Source: Actinomycetes bacterium (GTDB lineage: Bacteria > Actinomycetota > Thermoleophilia > Gaiellales > Gaiellaceae). From it: 64,000 bases of DNA. Where the stretch lies: assembly GCA_025964395.1 (NCBI GenBank), contig JAOPYY010000005.1, positions 7,957-71,956 of the forward strand. The letters are read 5' to 3'. This document shows positions 44,390 to 53,641 of the stretch, one piece after another. Made by a program: the position numbers and the translations under genes. Below the pieces are notes generated by a model that made no database searches, had not been told where the DNA came from, and was given only the letters and a program-made list of their open reading frames with translations. Numbering within the stretch: position 1 is the first letter of the stretch; each line of letters starts with the position of its first letter.

Positions 44390-45751
44390 TTACGCCGAGA
44401 CGCGATCGAGGTCGGCGAGCAGGCACTGGACCCACTTCGCGACGTCGTTCTCCCGTACCTGGGCCTGAATCGCCTCGGCCCGCCGGCGGCGCTCGGCCGG
44501 CTCCATGGTGAGCGCCGCGTGGAGGGCCTCGGCCTGGCCCCAGACGTCGAACGGGTTCACCGTCACCGCCCACTCGCCGAGCTCCTCGTGCGCGCCCGCG
44601 TTCTCCGAGAGCACGAGGACGCCGTCGCGGGCATTGACGAGCGGGCCCTCCTTGGCGACGAGGTTCATGCCGTCGTAGACGGCGTTGACGAGCAGCACGT
44701 CGTACTGCTTGTACGCGGCGACGGACTGCGGGAAGTTGTCCGCGACCTGCACCTCGACCGCGCCCGGGTAGCGGGCGCTCACGGCCGCGGCTTCCGCCTC
44801 GATCGCGGCGCGGTACTCGACGTACTCGGGAATCGTCTCGCGTGACGGGTCGAGGCGCGCGAGCAGCTTCACCCGCCCGCGCCACTCCGGATGCTCGTCG
44901 AGCAGGATGCCGAACGCGCGGAATCCGCGGGCGATGTTCTTCGACGGATCGGTGCGGTCGACGCGAACGATCAGCTTCTCGGCACGGTCCAGCGTCGCCT
45001 CGGCGGCGAGCACCTCCTCGCTCTCGCGCAATGCGTCGAACTCGGCGAGGTCGATCGAGATCGGATGGTGCGTGACGAAGGTGCGGTCGACGCCGCACGC
45101 GAGGTCGGTACAGCTGCGCTTGAAGTTGCGCGCCCACCGGGCGGTGTGGAAGGCGACGACGTCGTTCGCGAGCAACCCGTTGTGCAACGCGCGCCGCATC
45201 TCCTCCGGCAGCGTCGTCCAGTCGACCGGCCACGGGATGTGCACGAAGTGCGCGAGCTTCGCATCCGGCCGCGCCTCGCGCACCATGCGCGGCGCGAGAT
45301 AGAGGTGGTAGTCGTGGAAGAACACCGCCGCATCCGGGCTGTTGTCCAATTGGGCGACAACTGCCTCGGCAAACGCGCGGTTGATTGCTACGTAGCCGTC
45401 GCACCACGCGTCGTTGAACGCGTGATCGATCGTCGGGTTGAACGCTGGCCCCCACAGCGAGTGCTGGATGAACCACAGCATCGGATTCGCGACGACGTTG
45501 TAGTAGAGGTCGTACGCAAGCGGATCGTGCGCGACGAACACGACTTCGCCTCCGCCCTCCGCGGCGACCACACGGTCTTCGTCGGTCGTCGCACTCGCAA
45601 TCCACGTCACGTCGTGGTCCTCGCGCAGGCCACGCAGCGCGGTGACGAGCCCGCCGCCTCCCCGCCGTTCGATGCGTGTGCCTTCGGCGTCCCGGTCGTA
45701 CGTGACCGGGCCGCGGTTCGAGACGATGATGAGTGGGCGCTGCTCAGACAA
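44390..45751 (-). CDS. otsA: trehalose-6-phosphate synthase (GT20)
   Basis: LIIVSNRGP, GGLVTAL, HDYHL and NLVAKE. Confidence 0.85.
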   Translation of the reverse strand: MSEQRPLIIVSNRGPVTYDRDAEGTRIERRGGGGLVTALRGLREDHDVTWIASATTDEDRVVAAEGGGEVVFVAHDPLAYDLYYNVVANPMLWFIQHSLWGPAFNPTIDHAFNDAWCDGYVAINRAFAEAVVAQLDNSPDAAVFFHDYHLYLAPRMVREARPDAKLAHFVHIPWPVDWTTLPEEMRRALHNGLLANDVVAFHTARWARNFKRSCTDLACGVDRTFVTHHPISIDLAEFDALRESEEVLAAEATLDRAEKLIVRVDRTDPSKNIARGFRAFGILLDEHPEWRGRVKLLARLDPSRETIPEYVEYRAAIEAEAAAVSARYPGAVEVQVADNFPQSVAAYKQYDVLLVNAVYDGMNLVAKEGPLVNARDGVLVLSENAGAHEELGEWAVTVNPFDVWGQAEALHAALTMEPAERRRRAEAIQAQVRENDVAKWVQCLLADLDRVSA

Positions 45752-47015
45752 CGGTGATCGTGCTGCCGCCTGTGTCGTTGCCGGCGAGGCGGTTGAAGAG
45801 AACGAGCCAGTCGCGCAAGAGGCGCGGCGTCAGGAAGTGCCGGCGCACGTGCTCCTTGCCGCGCAGCGCTCGCGCACGCGCCGCTGCCGGGTCGCGCAGC
45901 ACTTCGATGCACGCCTGCGCGCACTCCTCCGCCGAGTTGACGAGCCAGCCCGTCACCCCGTCGGTGACCTGGGCAACGATGCCTCCGGCGCGGCCTGCGA
46001 CGATCGGCTTGCTCTTCCAGAGCGCTTCGGTCACCGTCAGGCCGAACCCTTCCTTGATCGACTTCTGGATCAACGCCGCCGAGTGCACCTGAAAGGCATT
46101 CACCTCCACTGCCCCAACGCTGTTCATGTTGCTCAAGACGTAGATGTCCGAATCGTCGCCCGCGTACTCGAGCGTCCGGTTGTAGTAGTCCCACCCCTCA
46201 GGATCGTCGTGCGCCATCGAACCGACGAGCGCGAGTTGCACCTCGGGGAACCGCTGCTTGACGATGCGATACGCGTCGATCACGCCGATCGGGTCCTTCC
46301 AGGGATCGAAGCGCGACACCTGGGTGAGCAGCGGCCGGTCGACGTCGATGCCGAACTGGTCGAGGATGTACGCGGCATCCTGCGGCGAGAGCGCCATGTT
46401 CTTCGGCATCAGCGGATCGATCGCCGGCGGCCAGATCACGATCTCCGGCAGATCGTCGGCGCGCGGCGCGTACTCGCGCATATGGAAGATCGCGTCGTCG
46501 TACTTACGGAGTGACGGCAGCAGAAACTCCATCACGTCGGGATTCGGGGTCGAGAAGTCGATGTGCCCGCGCCAGATCCATTTCGCCGTCCGCTCCGGGA
46601 ACGCGTCGATCATCGCGATCGGCTGCGGGTCGTGGATGATCACGTAGTCGTAGTCGTCCGCTGCGAACTCCGCGGCGTTCTCGGCGTTGTAGCGACGGAA
46701 GATCTCCTGTTCCTCCGGCGTCAACGAGCGCGGATCTCCCTGCAGCGCGTTGTGGATCGCCTTCGTCACGTTGAAGAACTCCTCGGCGCCGCGGATGATC
46801 CTCCACTCGACCTCGAGGCCCGCGTCGGCCATCAGCGGCACGAGCGTGTAGTTGATCTCGGCGACGCCGCCGCCGAACGCGGTCGCGGAGACATGCACGA
46901 TGCGCTTCCCCTGCAGCGGTTCGGCGAGACGGCGGATCTCGTCCATCAGCCCACGCGAAACGAGGGTTGCGTAGTCGCCGAGCGACTTGTGCCCGACATT
47001 GACGAGAGGGAGCAC
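45744..47015 (-). CDS. treT: GT4 glycosyltransferase resembling trehalose glycosyltransferring synthase
   Basis: HVSATAFGGGVAEI..., IHDPQP and SIKEGFGLTVTEALWK. 8-nt overlap with otsA. The treT assignment rests on sequence resemblance only. Confidence 0.65.
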   Translation of the reverse strand: MLPLVNVGHKSLGDYATLVSRGLMDEIRRLAEPLQGKRIVHVSATAFGGGVAEINYTLVPLMADAGLEVEWRIIRGAEEFFNVTKAIHNALQGDPRSLTPEEQEIFRRYNAENAAEFAADDYDYVIIHDPQPIAMIDAFPERTAKWIWRGHIDFSTPNPDVMEFLLPSLRKYDDAIFHMREYAPRADDLPEIVIWPPAIDPLMPKNMALSPQDAAYILDQFGIDVDRPLLTQVSRFDPWKDPIGVIDAYRIVKQRFPEVQLALVGSMAHDDPEGWDYYNRTLEYAGDDSDIYVLSNMNSVGAVEVNAFQVHSAALIQKSIKEGFGLTVTEALWKSKPIVAGRAGGIVAQVTDGVTGWLVNSAEECAQACIEVLRDPAAARARALRGKEHVRRHFLTPRLLRDWLVLFNRLAGNDTGGSTITVV

Positions 47016-47024
47016 GTCGCGTCT

Positions 47025-47468
47025 CTAGTTCAAGTGCTTCACGAAACGCAGGAAGGATCCTCCCTGCGGGCGCTCGCGAATCTCGAACTCATCGGCGAGC
47101 GCTTCGATAATTGCGATCCCGAGCCCGCCTTCCGACAGTTCCTCGTCGGCGAGCACGCTGCTCGGTCCAGCGGGGGGCTCGAAGCCTTCGCCCTGGTCGA
47201 CGACCTCGACGACGAGCTTGTCGTCGTGGAGCTCGTAGAGGATCTCGACCGTGCCCTCGCCGCCCGCATAGGCGTGGCGCACGGAGTTCGTGCAGGCCTC
47301 GGTCAGCGCGAGCTTCAGGTCGCCGAGCACCTCCTGGCGCAGCGGCTCGGGGCGCAGACGGGCGATCCCGGTCAGGGCGAGGCGGCCCAGCGTGATGTAT
47401 TCCGGCTTGGCCGGAATGGTCAGGCGGATCGCATGGACGTGCCCGTTCCCGTTCACTGCTCCGCTCAT
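47025..47468 (-). CDS. HATPase_c-type anti-sigma factor / serine kinase (RsbW/SpoIIAB-like)
   Basis: EACTNSVRHAY, VVDQGEGF and GGLGIAII. GGGAG lies 5 nt upstream of the ATG. Confidence 0.7.
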   Translation of the reverse strand: MSGAVNGNGHVHAIRLTIPAKPEYITLGRLALTGIARLRPEPLRQEVLGDLKLALTEACTNSVRHAYAGGEGTVEILYELHDDKLVVEVVDQGEGFEPPAGPSSVLADEELSEGGLGIAIIEALADEFEIRERPQGGSFLRFVKHLN

Positions 47469-47577
47469 CCGGCTCCCTTTTCCCAGCGGATTAGAAAGGT
47501 AAACACGTCAGATTCTGCCGAAAACTGCTTCAGGCCGCTGCGCCTTCTGTACACGGGTGCCCGGCCCCACGCTTTTG

Positions 47578-48834
47578 CTAACCCGGCGGGGGCCGCTGGT
47601 CGAGCGTCACGTTGACCACCCGGCGGTGCCGGCCCCGCACGACAGTGAAGCGTGCGGTCTCGCCTGGGACGAGCCTGGTTGTGACAATCCGCACGACATC
47701 CTGGGCGCCCGAGACGGGGATGTCGTCGATCGCAACGATCGCGTCGCCGCCGACCTTCACACCCAGACCCTCGTAGACCGCGTCGCGCGTCCCGGCCTTG
47801 ATCCCGGCCTTCTCGGCGGCGGAGCCGGCGTTCACGAGGTCGACGAGCGCTCCGCGCGTGGCGGCGTACCCGAACTTCTTCGCGACCGCCGGGGTCAGAT
47901 CCTCGGTCTTGATCCCGACGTACGCGTAGCGGACGCCGCCCGTCTTCAGGAGCTGGTCCATCGAGCGCCGGGCCGAATCGATCGGGACGGCGAAGCCGAC
48001 GCCCTCGAAGCCCGAGCCCGTGCCGCTGGAGCGAATCTGCGCGTTGATGCCGATTGCGCGCCCGCGCGCGTCGAAGAGCGGGCCGCCCGAGTTGCCGTGG
48101 TTGATCGGGGCGTCCGTCTGGATCGCGTCCACCAGGTCGTAGTTCGAGGTCAAGGAGGGGATCGAGCGCCGGATCGCGGAGACGACGCCCACGGAGAGCG
48201 AATCGGCATTGCCAAAGGGGCTGCCGATCGCGGCCACGGGCTCGCCGACGATCACGCGGCTCGAATTGCCGAGCGGGACGGGATCGAGCGCGTGCTGTTT
48301 GGGATCAATCCGGAGCAGGCCCACGTCGTCGAAGAGGTCGACGCCGACAACGGTCGCCGTGACCCGGTCGCCGTCAGAGAACTCGACGTACACGGTGCCG
48401 GCGGGCGTGGTGCTGCCGCCCGTCTGGCCCGCCGTGGTGACCACATGGGCGTTCGTCAGGATCAGACCGTCGGCCGAGACGACGAAGCCCGAGCCCTGGC
48501 CTGCGGAGGCCGCCGGAGCATCGAAGTAGGAAATGATCGTGACCACGCCCGCGGCGCGGGTCCGGAAGATCTGGGCCGGCTGGAAGCCGTTGCCGAGCAA
48601 GGGCTTGGCCGCCACGACCGGAGCGCCGGCGTCACCGGCCGAAGGCGCCGGGGCGCGGACGACGACCGTCTTCGTGGGGCTGGAGTGCAGCCACCCTGCC
48701 GACAAGGCAACGACGAGCACCAGTGCGCCGCCGACGACGGCGGCGATCAGAGCGAGGGCAGCAGCCGAGCTCGTGCGCACCGGCGCGCACTGTAGCCGGG
48801 ACGGCGGCCCGTTTTGCACATTCGGCTCACACAC
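47578..48834 (-). CDS. htrA: HtrA/DegP-family serine protease with PDZ domain
   Basis: TNAHVV, D..GLLRI, the GNSGGPL catalytic triad context, and a C-terminal PDZ domain. N-terminal membrane anchor. The exact start is uncertain. Confidence 0.85.
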   Translation of the reverse strand: MCEPNVQNGPPSRLQCAPVRTSSAAALALIAAVVGGALVLVVALSAGWLHSSPTKTVVVRAPAPSAGDAGAPVVAAKPLLGNGFQPAQIFRTRAAGVVTIISYFDAPAASAGQGSGFVVSADGLILTNAHVVTTAGQTGGSTTPAGTVYVEFSDGDRVTATVVGVDLFDDVGLLRIDPKQHALDPVPLGNSSRVIVGEPVAAIGSPFGNADSLSVGVVSAIRRSIPSLTSNYDLVDAIQTDAPINHGNSGGPLFDARGRAIGINAQIRSSGTGSGFEGVGFAVPIDSARRSMDQLLKTGGVRYAYVGIKTEDLTPAVAKKFGYAATRGALVDLVNAGSAAEKAGIKAGTRDAVYEGLGVKVGGDAIVAIDDIPVSGAQDVVRIVTTRLVPGETARFTVVRGRHRRVVNVTLDQRPPPG

Positions 48835-48862
48835 AGGGCCTGAGCGTTTCCACGGGGAAAGG

Positions 48863-48910
48863 CGTGTCCATTTGAGACATGTCCCGGGGACTGTCCCTGA
48901 GACATGTCCC
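48863..48910. repeat. four phased TGTCC boxes, including two perfect 13-bp direct repeats (candidate response-regulator site)
   Basis: TGAGACATGTCCC occurs at 48873-48885 and 48898-48910. TGTCC starts at 48865, 48880, 48892 and 48905. The array lies between the kinase stop (48913) and the htrA start (48834). Confidence 0.5.
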
Positions 48911-48912
48911 TT

Positions 48913-50310
48913 TCAGACGAGGCCGGGCTGGAAGTCCCGTTCCGGGACTTCGGCGCTCAGGACGAGCGTGAAGAGCGTCCAGCCGTTCTGCGAATCGAGC
49001 TCGATCCGGCCGCCCATCACCTCCGCCAGCTCCCGCGCGATCGCGAGGCCGAGGCCGCTGCCGGAGGCCCGGGTGCCGTCGAGGCGGTAGAAGCGCTCGA
49101 AGATCTGGTGCTGCGCGCCGCGCGGGATCTCGGGGCCGTCGTTTGCCACCGTCAGGGTCGCGCGGCCCCCGTCGACGGCGGTCAAGACTCGCACCGTCGT
49201 CCCGGACGGCGTGTGCACAAGTGCGTTCTCGAGCAGGATCCGCCCGATCTGGAGCACCCGCTCGGCGTCACCCTCCGCAACGACAGGCTCCGTCGCCACC
49301 TCGATCGTGTGCTCGCCGGCGCGCCCCCGGAACTCGGCGGCCACCTCCTCCGCGAGCTCGGACAGCTCGATGAGCTCGCTCGCGACGGTCAGGCGCCCGG
49401 CGTCGAGGCGCGACAGATCCAGCAGGTCGGTCGCGAGCTTCGTCAGCCGGGCCACCTGCTCGCGCATCTGGCCCAGGAACTCCTCGCGCGTCGGCTCGTC
49501 CAGGTCGGGGTCCATCAGCTCGAGGAAGGCGCCCAATGAGAACAGGGGGGTCCGCAGCTCGTGGGAGGCGTTCGCGATGAACTCGCCCCGGGCGCGATCG
49601 AGATTCGCGAGCCGGAGCCGCATCCGCTCGAACGTCCGCGCGAGCTGGCCGAGCTCGTCGGAGCCGTGGTCGACGACGGGCGTGGTGAAGTTGCCGGCGG
49701 CAATGCGTTCGGCCGCCTCCTCGAGCCGGCGGATCCGCCGGGCGAAGATGCTTGCGCCGGCATAGCCGAGCAGCGCGGCAAACGCGGTCGCGATCGCGCC
49801 GGCCACAATCACACGCTTGCGCACGACCGAGACCACCTGGAGCTGGTCGTGGAGCGGGGACGAGAGCATCACGACGGAGGCCCCGATCGGATAGGCCACC
49901 TCGGCGTACTCCTGGCCTTTGCGCGTCACAGCGCCGCGGGCCAGGGTCTGGAGCTGAATCGCATCGATGGCCACCGGATCGTTGACGACGTCAGTGGAGT
50001 CGCCTTCGAGATCCGAGTCCGCGTAGGGGACGAGCAGCGCCGGCGTCTCGTTCTGGAGGTTGAACACGATCACCCGCGCGTTGATCTTGGGAGCCAGCGT
50101 CGAGGCGAACTGCTGCTTCATCCAAGGTTCCGCCGGATACGTCGGCACGGCACGGTTCAGCAGGACCTGCTGCAGCGTGCCCAGCTCATTGTTCTCGAGC
50201 GAGGTCTTGTAGGACGGGACGACGATCAGGTAGACGATCGACAGCACGCCCGCGACTACGAGCAGGAGCGCGAACGCGAGCCGCCCGCCGACGCTCCTGA
50301 GCGGCCTCAC
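48913..50310 (-). CDS. sensor histidine kinase (2 TM, HAMP, HisKA, HATPase), MprB-like
   Basis: H-box ASHELRTPL, N box LLENALVHT and G box GSGLGLAIA. 4-nt overlap with the regulator gene. Confidence 0.85.
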   Translation of the reverse strand: MRPLRSVGGRLAFALLLVVAGVLSIVYLIVVPSYKTSLENNELGTLQQVLLNRAVPTYPAEPWMKQQFASTLAPKINARVIVFNLQNETPALLVPYADSDLEGDSTDVVNDPVAIDAIQLQTLARGAVTRKGQEYAEVAYPIGASVVMLSSPLHDQLQVVSVVRKRVIVAGAIATAFAALLGYAGASIFARRIRRLEEAAERIAAGNFTTPVVDHGSDELGQLARTFERMRLRLANLDRARGEFIANASHELRTPLFSLGAFLELMDPDLDEPTREEFLGQMREQVARLTKLATDLLDLSRLDAGRLTVASELIELSELAEEVAAEFRGRAGEHTIEVATEPVVAEGDAERVLQIGRILLENALVHTPSGTTVRVLTAVDGGRATLTVANDGPEIPRGAQHQIFERFYRLDGTRASGSGLGLAIARELAEVMGGRIELDSQNGWTLFTLVLSAEVPERDFQPGLV

Positions 50311-51011
50311 CGCTCGCGGAAGCGGTAGCCGACACCGCGCACGGTGAGGATGAATTCGGGCGTCCGCGGCTCGGCCTCCAGCTTCTCGCGGAGATGCCGC
50401 ACGTGGACGTCGATCGTGCGCGGATCGCGGTAATCGGCGCTCTTCCAGAGCGCTTCGAGCAGCATGCGGCGACTGAAGACGCGGCCCGGCTGCGCGGCCA
50501 GCGTCCGCAGGAGCTCGAACTCGACATACGTCAACTGCACGGGTGCGCCACGCATCTCCACGGTCCGGCGCGGGATGTCGACCACGAGGCCGTCATGCTC
50601 GAGCCGCTCCGCCTGCTCCTCGCCGGGGGTGTGCGGCGCCTTGGCGCGGCGCAGCAGCGCGCGCACGCGCGAGCGGAACTCGCGGATCGAGAACGGCTTC
50701 GTGATGTAGTCGTCGGCGCCCAGCTCGAGGCCGATTACCTTGTCCAGCTCGTCGTCGCGGGCGGTGAGCATGATGATCGGCACGGTGCTCGTCGCCCGCA
50801 GGCGCTTGCAGACCTCGAGCCCGTCGAGCCGCGGCAGCATGATGTCGAGCACGACGAGATCGATCGTGTGCGCCGCAAACTGGCGCAGCGCCTCCTCGCC
50901 GTCGGCGGCCTGGACGACGATAAACCCGTCACGCTCGAGTGGGAACGCGAGCACCTTGCGCACGGAGTCCTCGTCGTCGACGAGCAGAATCGTGGGGGCG
51001 GGTTCGGTCAT
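50307..51011 (-). CDS. OmpR/PhoB-family response regulator, MprA-like
   Basis: Receiver LLVDDE...VLDIMLP..DG, with a winged-helix C-terminus VRGVGYRF. Confidence 0.9.
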   Translation of the reverse strand: MTEPAPTILLVDDEDSVRKVLAFPLERDGFIVVQAADGEEALRQFAAHTIDLVVLDIMLPRLDGLEVCKRLRATSTVPIIMLTARDDELDKVIGLELGADDYITKPFSIREFRSRVRALLRRAKAPHTPGEEQAERLEHDGLVVDIPRRTVEMRGAPVQLTYVEFELLRTLAAQPGRVFSRRMLLEALWKSADYRDPRTIDVHVRHLREKLEAEPRTPEFILTVRGVGYRFRER

Positions 51012-51076
51012 GGGCTTGCCTCACGCAATGCCTTTGAAAAGCGCTCCGCGGCAGGTGCTGCCAGGATAGCCCTGCA

Positions 51077-52945
51077 ATGGCGGCGCACCGAACCCCCGCA
51101 CGCCGTCGTCGCGCGCGCCGCGGCTCACTCGAACGGCCCGTGAACACGCGGCTCTACCGGAGCGCGTTCCTCTTCCTCTCCCTGCCACTCCTGATCCTGG
51201 CGTTCAGCATCGTGCGACCGGGCGCGCTGCCGGCGCCGCTGCTGCCGCCGAACTTCGACGGCGCGACCACGAAGCAGCTCGCGATCAACTTCGCGAGCGC
51301 GGCTCCCGACCGCTCACCGAACGGCCTCGGGGCCTTGCGCGCCGGGCAGTGGTTCCGCGACCAGATGGCGCCGTACGCACTGCCGGTCTCGACCGACACG
51401 TGGCAGGCGAAGATCCCGTCGCTCGGCACGGTCAAGCTGCGAAACCTCTGGGCGGTCGCGGCGGGACAGTCGAGCGACGCGATCGTCGTGATGGCGCACC
51501 GCGACGACACCGGCGCCGGACCGGGGGCGAACGACAACGCGACGGGCACGGCGGCGCTCGTCGAGCTCGCGCGGAACTACGCACAGTCGTCCGGTCGTCT
51601 CGTGCGCTCGGCGCACACGATCGTCTTCCTGTCGACCGACGGCGGTGCGTTCGGCGGGCTGGGCGCGGTGCGCTTCGTCACGCACGCGCCGTTCCATGTC
51701 GTCGCGACGATCAACCTCGACGCGATCGGAGGCACCGGGCCACCACGCGTTGTCATAACAGGCGACACACCCCGCTCTCCTGCGGCGACGTTCGTGGAGA
51801 CCGCCGCGAAGCGCGTGCTCGAGCAGACCGGCGTGCCTGCGCGGCGCGCCACGATCGTCGATCAGCTGGTCGACCTCGGCTTCCCGTTCACGCTGTACGA
51901 GCAGGGCCCGTTCGTAGCGCACGGCATCCCGGCGGTCACGCTCACGACGGCCGGTGAGCGGCCGCTCGCCGCGTTCACCGACCGGCCCGAGCGGCTGAGC
52001 GATACCAGGCTGACTGCGATGGGACGTGCAGCGCAGCAGTTGATCGGTTCGCTCGACCAGGGCCTCGAGCTCGCGCAAGGCACGACGAGTTTCGTGTGGG
52101 CCGGCGACCGAATCGTGCGCGGCTGGGCGATCGAGCTCGTGCTCTTCACACTCCTCGTTCCGTTCCTCGTCGGTGTCGTCGACCTGTTCGCGCACTGCAG
52201 GCGTCGGGGCATCTCGCTGCTGCCGGCCGCGCGCAGCCTGCGCACCCGCCTCGGCTTCTGGCTGTTCGTCGGGTTCGCGTTCTATGCGTTCAAGCTCTTC
52301 GGCGCGTGGCCGACGGGTGCGGCGCGGCCGCCGAACCCGACGACGACCGCCGCGGGCGACTGGCCCGTCCTCGCACTGATCGCGCTCGTGATCGTTGCGG
52401 TCGTCGGTTGGGTCGTCGCGCGTCACCGCCTCGTACCGCGTCGTCCTGTCGGCGCCGATGAGCGGCTCGCGGGTGAGACCGCCGCGCTGCTGGCGCTCGC
52501 CGTCGTTGCGTTGCTCGTTCTGGCAACTAACCCGTTCGCCCTGCTCTTCATCCTCCCGGCGCTGCACGCGTGGCTCTGGCTCCCACAGGTGCGAAGCGGA
52601 AAGCCGGCTGCGCGCGCGTTCGTGCTGCTGCTCGGACTGACCGGGCCTGCGCTGATCCTGCTCTCGCTCGGTGGGCGCTACGGGCTCGGCCTCGACGCGC
52701 CCTGGTACCTCCTCGAGCTCGTCGCCCTCGGCTATGTCCAGGTACCCACGGTCGCGATCACGCTGGGCGCCGCCGCTTGTGCCGCACAGCTCGCCGTGGT
52801 CGCCACCGGGCGGTACGCCCCGTACCCGGAGCCGGGAGAGCGGCCCGTCCGCGGGCCGCTGCGGGAGCTCATCCGCAGGCTGATCCTCGCGAATCGCGCC
52901 CGTCGGCGCGTAACCGAAGATAGGCGGCGCGCGTTCGGAGGCTAG
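51077..52945 (+). CDS. M28-family peptidase fused to a polytopic membrane domain
   Basis: AHRDDTGAGPGANDNATGTAALVELA, followed by about 8 predicted helices in the C-terminal half. Confidence 0.75.
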   Translation: MAAHRTPARRRRARRGSLERPVNTRLYRSAFLFLSLPLLILAFSIVRPGALPAPLLPPNFDGATTKQLAINFASAAPDRSPNGLGALRAGQWFRDQMAPYALPVSTDTWQAKIPSLGTVKLRNLWAVAAGQSSDAIVVMAHRDDTGAGPGANDNATGTAALVELARNYAQSSGRLVRSAHTIVFLSTDGGAFGGLGAVRFVTHAPFHVVATINLDAIGGTGPPRVVITGDTPRSPAATFVETAAKRVLEQTGVPARRATIVDQLVDLGFPFTLYEQGPFVAHGIPAVTLTTAGERPLAAFTDRPERLSDTRLTAMGRAAQQLIGSLDQGLELAQGTTSFVWAGDRIVRGWAIELVLFTLLVPFLVGVVDLFAHCRRRGISLLPAARSLRTRLGFWLFVGFAFYAFKLFGAWPTGAARPPNPTTTAAGDWPVLALIALVIVAVVGWVVARHRLVPRRPVGADERLAGETAALLALAVVALLVLATNPFALLFILPALHAWLWLPQVRSGKPAARAFVLLLGLTGPALILLSLGGRYGLGLDAPWYLLELVALGYVQVPTVAITLGAAACAAQLAVVATGRYAPYPEPGERPVRGPLRELIRRLILANRARRRVTEDRRRAFGG

Positions 52946-53641
52946 GTGCGCAAAACGTCCAGGATCTTCGGTTCGCTTCTGATCGTCGCGGGAGTGCTCA
53001 CGCTGGCGTGGGTCGTGCTCGTCTGGCGCTGGGAAGACCCGTTCACCGCGGTCTACACGCACTTCCAGCAGGCGCGGCTCGCGAGCACGTACGACAAGCG
53101 CGCCGCTGCGTTCCATCCGCAACTGGCGCGCGGCGACCTCGCGAGTGTGGAGCGTCAGGTCGCAAGCGAAGCGCACGCGTATCGCAACACTCTGCGCCCT
53201 GGTGAACCGGTCGGCCGGCTGCGCATCGGCCGCATCGGCTTGAACATGGTCGTGGTGCAAGGCACCGACCACAAGTCGTTGACGAAGGGGCCCGGCCACT
53301 ACGAGGGCAGCGGTCTCCCCGGCGAGGGGCACCTGATCTACGTCGCCGGCCACCGCACGACGTACCTCGCGCCGTTCGCCGCGATCAACAACATTCGCAT
53401 CGGCGACTACATCCGCTTCGAGCTGCCGTACGGGACGTTCACCTACCGCGTGACGCGCCACTACATCGTGGCCGATAACGCCGTCGCCGTGCTCGAGGAT
53501 CACGGCGCCGAGATCCTGCGCCTGCAGGCGTGCCATCCGCGCTTCTTCGCGACACGTCGTTATCTCGTCGACGCGAAGCTCGTCGGCGTCTCGCCGCGCG
53601 GCGGAACCGCCTACGCTCCGCTCAGATCCGCAAGTAGCTGA
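52946..53641 (+). CDS. sortase family transpeptidase (actinobacterial class E-like)
   Basis: N-terminal anchor, AGHRTTY, the catalytic Cys context LRLQACHP and a conserved Arg. The start abuts the M28 stop. Confidence 0.75.
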   Translation: MRKTSRIFGSLLIVAGVLTLAWVVLVWRWEDPFTAVYTHFQQARLASTYDKRAAAFHPQLARGDLASVERQVASEAHAYRNTLRPGEPVGRLRIGRIGLNMVVVQGTDHKSLTKGPGHYEGSGLPGEGHLIYVAGHRTTYLAPFAAINNIRIGDYIRFELPYGTFTYRVTRHYIVADNAVAVLEDHGAEILRLQACHPRFFATRRYLVDAKLVGVSPRGGTAYAPLRSASS

